The notes under the pieces are model-generated. The model did no database searches. It worked only from the letters and a program-made list of their open reading frames with translations, and was not told the origin of the DNA. Positions 57,462 through 64,000 of a stretch of DNA of 64,000 nucleotides are shown here, one piece after another. Each line of letters starts with the position of its first letter. The stretch's first letter is position 1. The stretch lies in the NCBI GenBank assembly GCA_964476665.1, contig CAYZBO010000003.1, positions 887 through 64,886 of the forward strand, written 5' to 3'. A program made the translations under genes and the position numbers. The stretch is from an uncultured Chryseobacterium sp. GTDB taxonomy: Bacteria; Bacteroidota; Bacteroidia; Flavobacteriales_F; PHOS-HE28.

Positions 57462-58706
57462 ATGAGAACGCTCGCTACGCTCGCTTTCCTCCTCCCCGGC
57501 GCATCCCTCCTCGCTCAGACAGAGGTCACCATTGCCACCGGTCCCGCCAACGCCCAACAGGTGTGGTACAGCCTTCAGAACGGTATCCAGGCCACCGCGG
57601 ACCTTGACGCCTGGGACCTCGCGTTCGAGATCAACTCCTTTACGTCCTCCATCCTGGTGAACACAGCAAAGGGCCTGTCCGTCTACGAGACACCGGTGGC
57701 CATCGCCGACTGGGCTTCCCTCACCACCCCCAACGAGGGTGCATGGACGGCCGTGCACAACTCCGAGCTGAGCTGGTTCGAGGGTGCCCTCACCCACGGG
57801 AACAACCTCGACCAACCCGATGGCTTCAACCTCGGTTGGGGTGCCTACAGCTTCATCACCCACACTGTAGCAGGGACCAAGGTGTACGTGATCGCGGATG
57901 GCGAAGGGAACTACCGCAAGTTGCGCATCAACAGCTTGGCATCCAATACGTACAACTTCACCTACGCCGACCTGGATGGTTCCAATGAGGTCACCGCCAC
58001 CCTCAACAAGAGCAATTTCGTCGGAAAGAATTTCGGCTACTTCAGCTTCGCCACCAACAGCACCGCGGACCTTGAGCCCGCAGCTAATGGCTGGGACCTG
58101 CTTTTCACCAAGTATACCTCCATCATTCCGGCTCCTGAACCAACGGCCTACAGTGTGGCCGGCGTCCTTCAGAACAAACAGGTGGATGCCGTGCAGGTGG
58201 ATGGCATTCCGGTGGCCGCCGCACAATGGGAAGGCCAGCAGCTCGATAGTGCGATGAACATCATCGGCTACGACTGGAAGACCTTCAACATGACCACCTT
58301 CTCCTATGAATACGCAGAGGACCGCACCTACTTCGTAAGTGACCGCGCCGGCAACGTGTGGAAGCTCGTCTTCATCGGCTACGGCGGATCGGCCACCGGC
58401 ACCATGACCTTCACGCAGGAACTGGTGAGCGCCACTTCCGTGGACGAGGTCAACACCGGAGCCCTGGCCGTGTTCCCGGTGCCCGTTACCAATGGCATCC
58501 TCAACATCCGCGCGGACCAGCTGTTCCGCGGTGCCCGTGTGGAGGTGCTCGATGCCAGCGGTCGCTCCCTGCTTACGACCAGCGTGACGGACCTTGAAGC
58601 AGGCGCGACCGCCGCTGTGGATCTGACCGGTATGCCAGCCGGCTTGTACCTGGTGCGTCTTCAGGCCGCCGGCACGCTCCGCACCGCTCGTGTGGTGGTG
58701 GAGTGA
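57462..58706 (+). CDS. putative HmuY-like (heme-binding family) protein fused to a T9SS C-terminal sorting domain
   Basis: Signal peptide MRTLATLAFLLPGASLLAQ and a WDLAFE motif. Paralogous to the 60995-61960 protein. The C-terminus ...LAVFPVPVTNGILNIRAD...GLYLVRLQAAGTLRTARVVVE is a T9SS type-A CTD. The family call is tentative. Confidence 0.5.
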   Translation: MRTLATLAFLLPGASLLAQTEVTIATGPANAQQVWYSLQNGIQATADLDAWDLAFEINSFTSSILVNTAKGLSVYETPVAIADWASLTTPNEGAWTAVHNSELSWFEGALTHGNNLDQPDGFNLGWGAYSFITHTVAGTKVYVIADGEGNYRKLRINSLASNTYNFTYADLDGSNEVTATLNKSNFVGKNFGYFSFATNSTADLEPAANGWDLLFTKYTSIIPAPEPTAYSVAGVLQNKQVDAVQVDGIPVAAAQWEGQQLDSAMNIIGYDWKTFNMTTFSYEYAEDRTYFVSDRAGNVWKLVFIGYGGSATGTMTFTQELVSATSVDEVNTGALAVFPVPVTNGILNIRADQLFRGARVEVLDASGRSLLTTSVTDLEAGATAAVDLTGMPAGLYLVRLQAAGTLRTARVVVE

Positions 58707-58727
58707 AGCGGCATCCGCTGAACGAGC

Positions 58728-60998
58728 ATGGACCTGGTATACAGTGTCAACAGGGTGGGGGCGGTCCTTCTTGGACTGGCCCTTCCCTGCCTGCTGTCCG
58801 CGCAGATCACGCTCGAGGTGCGCAACGCGAACGATGACCCGGTATCCTATGCCCACGTCCTCTGGCAGGTGCTCGATGGTTCCTCGCTGGGCGGCATGGA
58901 AGTGCTGGATGCAACGGGTCGAGGACGCATTGATCCACCGGTCACCGCTCAGCGCATTGCGTTGCGCCTCTCCTTCGTGGGCTATCGCACCATCACCGAT
59001 ACGGTTGCTGCCGGAGCGGCCGTACTGCGCTACATCCTGGTGCCCGATGCGCAGGCGCTTCCCGAGTTCGTGGTCACCGGCCAGTATGCGCCGGCCTCAC
59101 CGGACAAGGCCGTGCACCGCGTGCGTGTGCTCGACGCAACCACCATCCAGCGCATGGCCGCCAACAACCTCGGCGATGTGCTGCGCAATGAACTGAACAT
59201 CCGTCTCTCGCAGGATAACATGCTCGGCACCTCCCTGTCCATGCAGGGGCTCGGCGGTCAGAACGTGAAGATCCTTGTCGACGGTGTGCCGGTCATCGGC
59301 CGGCAGGATGGCAACATCGACCTGGCCCAGATCGACCTCACCGGTATCGAGCGGGTCGAGGTGGTGGAGGGGCCGCTCAGCGTGAACTATGGCACCAACG
59401 CGCTCGCAGGCACGATCAACCTCATCACGCGCAAGCGGGGTGGTGCACCGGCCACGCTCAAGGCATCTGCATACGCCGAGCATATAGGCAGGCTCAACAC
59501 CACCGTGTCCGCCTCACGACAATGGGGGCGCAACGACATCGTGTTGACCGCTGGGCGCAACTTCTTTGCAGGCTGGGATCCCCGCCATACTGGAATGGTC
59601 GACCTGTCGCCTGCGCTGGCGGATACGAACCGATTCCAACAGTGGAAGCCCCGTGAACAGTACTTCGGTCGCTTCAGTTATCGCCATGCCACGGATCGCT
59701 GGGACCTGGGCTACAAGGCGGAAGCCATGCACGATGTCATCCTGAACCGGGGGCTCCCACGGGCACCTTACTTCGAGACCGCGTTCGACGAGCAGTACAC
59801 GACCCTGCGGCTCGACAATGCGGTCACGGCCGAGCATCGCATGGCAGCCGGCCGGAAGCTCAATGCCCTGGTGGCCCACAATCGCTACCTCCGCCACAGC
59901 AACCGCTGGTTCCGTGACCTCACCACCCTCAGTGAACAGCTCGTGGGTGGCGATGCCGAGCAGGATACTTCCGGCTTCACGCTCACCAACGTCCGGGCCA
60001 ACTTCATCCAGGCGCGGGACAGTGCGCGTGTCAACTACGAAGTGGGGGTCGACCTCAACCTCGAGACAGGGTCGGGGCCACGGATCGGTGATGGGCGCGA
60101 GGACATTGGTGACTACGCCGTGCTCGCCAGTGCGGAGTACCGCGTGGATGAGCGCCTCACCCTGCGGCCGGGTTTGCGCTATGCCTTCAACACGCGCTAC
60201 GGTGCGCCCCTGGTTCCCTCCTTCAACATGCGGTGGCAGCTGACCAAAGGCTTCACCCTCCGCGCTTCCTACGCCAAAGGCTTCAGGGCACCCTCCCTCA
60301 AAGAGCTCTATCTCTTCTTCGTGGACGTGAACCACGACATCCAAGGCAACACCGAGCTGGCAGCCGAGCGTTCGCATCACTGGTCCACCGCGCTGAACTA
60401 TCGCCACGCCAAGGACAAGGGTGTCTACACCAGTGAGATCTCCCTGTTCCACAACCGGATGTCGGACCTGATCACGCTCGTACAGGTCTCGGCCACCCGC
60501 TTCACCTATGCCAACATCGCCTCCTTCCAGACCACCGGGGGTAGCATTGGGGCTGGCTGGGATAACGGCCATTGGGTGGTCTCCACCGGTGTGGCGGTAA
60601 CGGGTCGATACGATGCCATCGCCATGGAGGCGGATCGGCCGTACCTCTTCACCACGGAAGTGCGAGCATCACTTACCAAGCAGTGGCTCCGTAAGGGCTG
60701 GAGCGGGTCCATCTTCTGGAAGTGGCAGGACCGTCAGGTGAACTATGTGCAGCAGGAGGACGGCAGTGTGGATCAGACCTTCATCGGTGCGTTCCACATG
60801 GCCGATGCCACGCTGACCAAACGCGTGTGGAACGGAAGGCTCGCGGTATCTGCTGGTGCGAAGAACCTCTTCAACGTGATGAACATCGCCGCCACCATGA
60901 ACGGTGGAGCACACAGTGGGGGCGCAACGAGCGTCCCAATGGCCACGGGACGTGTGGCGTTCGCACGGCTGGAATTGGACCTGAAGCGATCGAAATGA
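58728..60998 (+). CDS. TonB-dependent receptor with N-terminal carboxypeptidase-regulatory-like domain
   Basis: Plug domain with a TonB box-like region (EFVVTG), ...NLGDVLRNELNIR... and a C-terminal barrel ending in an aromatic residue. 756 aa. Confidence 0.85.
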   Translation: MDLVYSVNRVGAVLLGLALPCLLSAQITLEVRNANDDPVSYAHVLWQVLDGSSLGGMEVLDATGRGRIDPPVTAQRIALRLSFVGYRTITDTVAAGAAVLRYILVPDAQALPEFVVTGQYAPASPDKAVHRVRVLDATTIQRMAANNLGDVLRNELNIRLSQDNMLGTSLSMQGLGGQNVKILVDGVPVIGRQDGNIDLAQIDLTGIERVEVVEGPLSVNYGTNALAGTINLITRKRGGAPATLKASAYAEHIGRLNTTVSASRQWGRNDIVLTAGRNFFAGWDPRHTGMVDLSPALADTNRFQQWKPREQYFGRFSYRHATDRWDLGYKAEAMHDVILNRGLPRAPYFETAFDEQYTTLRLDNAVTAEHRMAAGRKLNALVAHNRYLRHSNRWFRDLTTLSEQLVGGDAEQDTSGFTLTNVRANFIQARDSARVNYEVGVDLNLETGSGPRIGDGREDIGDYAVLASAEYRVDERLTLRPGLRYAFNTRYGAPLVPSFNMRWQLTKGFTLRASYAKGFRAPSLKELYLFFVDVNHDIQGNTELAAERSHHWSTALNYRHAKDKGVYTSEISLFHNRMSDLITLVQVSATRFTYANIASFQTTGGSIGAGWDNGHWVVSTGVAVTGRYDAIAMEADRPYLFTTEVRASLTKQWLRKGWSGSIFWKWQDRQVNYVQQEDGSVDQTFIGAFHMADATLTKRVWNGRLAVSAGAKNLFNVMNIAATMNGGAHSGGATSVPMATGRVAFARLELDLKRSK

Positions 60999-61960
60999 GG
61001 AACGGTATCATCGTGGGCTCCCTGGCGGCACTTCTGCTCACCGCCTGCATGAAGGAGGAACTGCCTGTTCCGGTCGCCCCCCGTGGCGAGGCAAGGAAGC
61101 TACAGCAGTGCATGGGGCCTGGCTATCAGGACCAGCTCTGGATCGATCTGGGCAGCGCGACCGTGGTGAACACCAACCACAAGGAAGCCTGGGACCTTGC
61201 GTTCGAAAGCGCACCTGACGGCTGGCGCATCTGGCTGAACGGTGCCAAACTCATGACAGCGTGGGACCGCGGTGCCGTGGATATCGCCCTGCCGCACGAC
61301 ACCGTGGGCATGGCGGCAGGCCGCCGCATCGACGCTCCCAGCGGGCACCGCGACAGCACTGCATTCGGCGATTGGCGTGGTCGTGATGCCGTGTTCGTGG
61401 TGGACATGGGGTTCAATACGCTTGGACAATCCCTTGGTTACCGCAAGTTCCGTTTCCGTGAGGTGAACGCTTCATCCTACACCTTCGACGTTGCGCTGAT
61501 GGACGGCTCCCAGCTGCAGACGGTCACGCTCCCCAAGGACCCCTCGCGGCACCACACATGCTACAAGCTCGGCACAGGCGTTCAGGCCATTGAGCCGCAG
61601 CGCAATGCATGGGACATGGTCCTCACCCAGTACACGCACCAGTTCTACGAGCCGTTCATGCCCTACCTGGTGGTCGGCATGTTGTCGGCACCGGGGGTTC
61701 GCATCGCTCAAGTGAGCGGAGGCGAGTTCGCTGCTGTGCAGCTCAACGATACATTGCAGCATCCCTTCATTTCGAACCGTGATGCCATCGGTTACGACTG
61801 GAAATACTACTCCTTCGATCAGGCATCCTATACGGTCGATCAGGGTGCTGTCTACATTGTTCAGGATGCCGAGGGCTACTACTACAAGGTCAACTTCCTT
61901 GACTTCTATGGTGGACAGGGGCAGGTGGGCTGCCCATTGATGCAGGTGGCCCCCTTGTAG
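60995..61960 (+). CDS. putative HmuY-like lipoprotein
   Basis: Start MRNGIIVGSLAALLLTAC (lipobox) with an ATGA overlap onto the receptor stop. Carries WDLAFES and IGYDWKYYSF motifs shared with the 57462 protein. Confidence 0.5.
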   Translation: MRNGIIVGSLAALLLTACMKEELPVPVAPRGEARKLQQCMGPGYQDQLWIDLGSATVVNTNHKEAWDLAFESAPDGWRIWLNGAKLMTAWDRGAVDIALPHDTVGMAAGRRIDAPSGHRDSTAFGDWRGRDAVFVVDMGFNTLGQSLGYRKFRFREVNASSYTFDVALMDGSQLQTVTLPKDPSRHHTCYKLGTGVQAIEPQRNAWDMVLTQYTHQFYEPFMPYLVVGMLSAPGVRIAQVSGGEFAAVQLNDTLQHPFISNRDAIGYDWKYYSFDQASYTVDQGAVYIVQDAEGYYYKVNFLDFYGGQGQVGCPLMQVAPL

Positions 61961-62024
61961 CCATCGCCTGATCCTGGCGCGGCTCCCTTGATCGGTGCGT
62001 GGCCTTGCCGCACTTGCCGCTGCG

Positions 62025-64000
62025 CTACATGTCCATGTCCCCTCCGCCACCGTTCCCCGGCTCACGGCGTTGCTGCTCACCACGGCGGCGGAAGAGGGAG
62101 GTGTTCTGTTCACCGAACTTCCAGGTGAGCGTGAACCGAACGAAACGCATCTCACGCCGACGGAAATTCTCCTGGTAAAGCGCCGGCGTGTCCAGGATGT
62201 TGCCCCAGCGACGCGTGAAGAACACGTCGTTCACAGAGACCACGGCGGAAAGCTTGCGCGTGATGTCGTGCCCAAGGGAGGCATCCACGCCGTACTGCGC
62301 AACGGTGAGCCCCTGCGGCTGTATTTCCGGACTTTCGTATTCCCCGTTCACCTGCGCGTTCCAATTGCTCTGGCTTCCAAAGCGGTAGGCCAGCAGCAGC
62401 TTCGTTTCCCAATTGTACCCCTCGTTGCGTGTGCTGCCATTGTTGCTGGAGAGCGCGATGTTCGTGTAGCGCACCGATCCGCTCAACGTCACCTGGAACT
62501 TCGCGAAGGGCTCCACCTTCACCACATGCTCCCATCCGGCACTGGTGCTGTAGCTCCCGTTCACGAAAGTGTTCAGCAGGATCGTGCTGTCGCTTTCCAG
62601 CGGTGCGCTGAACCCGGTGATGACATCCTCGGTGAAGCGCCCGTAAAGGCTGGTGAACCAGCTCGCCTTGCCCTTCATGAACGGCAGCAGGTGGTTGATC
62701 TCCGCAATGTTGCTGAACTCCGGTGAGATCGTCGGGTTGCCGATCCGCAGGTTCCGTGCATCGCTGAACATGATGAACGGCATGATCTGCCAGAACCGCG
62801 GGCGTTGGATCTTGCGGGAGAAGTTGACCTGGAGCTCGCGCATGCTGCCATCCCACTTGCGGCTCAGGTAAAGGCCCGGGAACAGTGCCTTCACAAGGTC
62901 ATCGCCACCGTTCGGATACTTGTAGCTGAAGGTCTGGTCCCTGCCGCGCAGCTCGGTCACGAACCAGGTCTGTTCGAAGCGCAGTCCCGCCTGCATGGAC
63001 CACCGTTCGGTGAGCTTCCGGGACCAGTTCACATAGGCCGCATTGACAATGTCCGTGATGTCGTAATCGTTGCTCAAGGCACTGTCCCGCGTGGCCACCG
63101 ATGCAGGAGGAGTGAGCACTGACACGTACAACCAGGTATGGTCCAGCTTGTAGCTGCCCTTCAGGCCCCATTCCAGCTTGTTGTTGCCCATCGGGCGTAT
63201 CACATCCAACTGCCCGCCGAACTGGTGAAGGTCCGATCCGCCGATGTTCTCCTGCGCACGCTGCAATCCCTCCAGGCCGCCCCCGTAACCGAACAGCTCG
63301 AACAATGAACGGCTGTCGCGGTCCCACCGGTTGTAATTCACATCGGCCGTCCACTCCCGCCCCTCCGGCCCCTGATGCCGCCAGGCCAGCTGGGTGGTGT
63401 AGCTGGCGTTGTTCATGTCGCTGCTGTTCACCTGTGCGCCGTAATTGACAAGCTCCCCATTGAGGTCCTCGTTGCTGTAGCGCTGCTCGTCGCGGCCATC
63501 ACGGTCGCGGAAACGCAGGTTCTGCGACAGGCTGATGGTGTTGCGGTTGTTCACCTGGTAGTCGATGCCGAAACGACCTCCTTGCATCCTGCCACGGTCG
63601 CTGCTGGTGCTGTTCTGCTCAAAGGTGGAAAGCACGCTACCCCCCAGCAGGTCCTCCCGAAGCGTGCGGCCGTCGGTAACGTTCCGGTTGGTGTTGTAAT
63701 TGTAGGACAGGTTCAGACCCAGGCGACCTTCCCGCATGTTGAGGTTCAGCCCACCCTGATAGCGGTCGTTGCTGCCCACACCGGCCTGCAGTTGACCACT
63801 GTAGCCTGGTTTGGTGTTCTTCTTGAGCACCACATTGATGATGCCCCCCGTGGTGCTGGCATCGAACGCCACCGACGGGTTGGTGATCACTTCAACCCGC
63901 TCGATCTCCTCGGCCGGCAGCTGGTCGAGGGTGATGGTGGTGGGCCGCCCGTCGATCAACACCTGGGGGTTGGAACCCCGCATTTCCACATTCCCGTCCA
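62025..64000 (-). CDS. TonB-dependent receptor, C-terminal ~650 aa; N-terminus beyond window end
   Basis: The frame is open to the window edge. It holds the end of the plug domain (GGIINVVLKKN) plus 22-strand barrel-like alternation, ending ...RFVRFTLTWKF. Confidence 0.8.
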   Translation of the reverse strand, partial: DGNVEMRGSNPQVLIDGRPTTITLDQLPAEEIERVEVITNPSVAFDASTTGGIINVVLKKNTKPGYSGQLQAGVGSNDRYQGGLNLNMREGRLGLNLSYNYNTNRNVTDGRTLREDLLGGSVLSTFEQNSTSSDRGRMQGGRFGIDYQVNNRNTISLSQNLRFRDRDGRDEQRYSNEDLNGELVNYGAQVNSSDMNNASYTTQLAWRHQGPEGREWTADVNYNRWDRDSRSLFELFGYGGGLEGLQRAQENIGGSDLHQFGGQLDVIRPMGNNKLEWGLKGSYKLDHTWLYVSVLTPPASVATRDSALSNDYDITDIVNAAYVNWSRKLTERWSMQAGLRFEQTWFVTELRGRDQTFSYKYPNGGDDLVKALFPGLYLSRKWDGSMRELQVNFSRKIQRPRFWQIMPFIMFSDARNLRIGNPTISPEFSNIAEINHLLPFMKGKASWFTSLYGRFTEDVITGFSAPLESDSTILLNTFVNGSYSTSAGWEHVVKVEPFAKFQVTLSGSVRYTNIALSSNNGSTRNEGYNWETKLLLAYRFGSQSNWNAQVNGEYESPEIQPQGLTVAQYGVDASLGHDITRKLSAVVSVNDVFFTRRWGNILDTPALYQENFRRREMRFVRFTLTWKFGEQNTSLFRRRGEQQRREPGNGGGGDMDM

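Noticed and set aside
55713-58856. 540-aa and 491-aa minus-strand ORFs antisense to the repeat protein and the HmuY-like gene
   Set aside because: Gly/His/Asp-rich translation of the repeat array's opposite strand. No signal peptide or CTD, unlike the sense-strand proteins.
1-64000. Scan for tRNA, rRNA and CRISPR
   Set aside because: No T-loop-like GGTTCGAATCC-type motifs with matching acceptor stems were seen. There is no rRNA-like conserved stretch, and there are no short direct repeats with regular unique spacers. The only regular repeats are the intragenic protein-coding array at 53690-57050 and the two 95-bp leader elements.

Overview
High-GC (~66% G+C) chromosomal segment from a Bacteroidota genome. 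The phylum call rests on repeated T9SS type-A and type-B C-terminal sorting domains, gldB and gldC gliding-motility genes, and a dcw cluster of Bacteroidetes type. Genes commonly overlap by ATGA or TAATG, consistent with dense operons. The first ~1.6 kb is a ~40% GC patch carrying three small or partial ORFs. Two of them sit directly 3' of copies of a conserved ~95-bp element that bracket a high-GC tyrS 3' remnant. From ~1.7 to 23 kb the genes are housekeeping or envelope functions. These include a T9SS cargo protein, a LuxE-like adenylating enzyme, an NptA Na/Pi cotransporter divergent from an orphan histidine kinase, a secreted DRGH nuclease, a glycosyltransferase, trmB, an MGMT/Atl-like protein, apbC, nfuA-like, korAB, a RelE/ParE-type TA pair, nadE-gldB-gldC, engB and an alpha/beta hydrolase. 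From 23.1 to 39.5 kb lies a complete dcw operon: mraZ-rsmH-ftsL-ftsI-murE-mraY-murD-[standalone MurD C-terminal-domain paralog]-ftsW-murG-murC-ftsQ-ftsA-ftsZ-yqeY, closed by a clear rho-independent terminator. The last ~24 kb is an accessory, envelope- and metal-themed region. It contains a T9SS type-B protein, CopA, and a tandemly duplicated two-gene cassette read codirectionally from an upstream HK-RR pair. Each cassette copy pairs a lipoprotein carrying two conserved CXXCH heme-c motifs with a T9SS-sorted FG-GAP/ASPIC-UnbV beta-propeller protein. These are followed by a GT39/ArnT-like transferase and a 1,240-aa T9SS protein built from ~10 near-identical ~122-aa Cys-containing tandem modules. 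The window ends with a putative HmuY-like / TonB-dependent receptor / HmuY-like heme-uptake locus and a partial second TonB-dependent receptor. No rRNA, tRNA or CRISPR was recognised. The duplicated di-heme lipoprotein plus FG-GAP/T9SS cassette and the orphan MurD C-terminal domain ORF are the most likely undescribed features.
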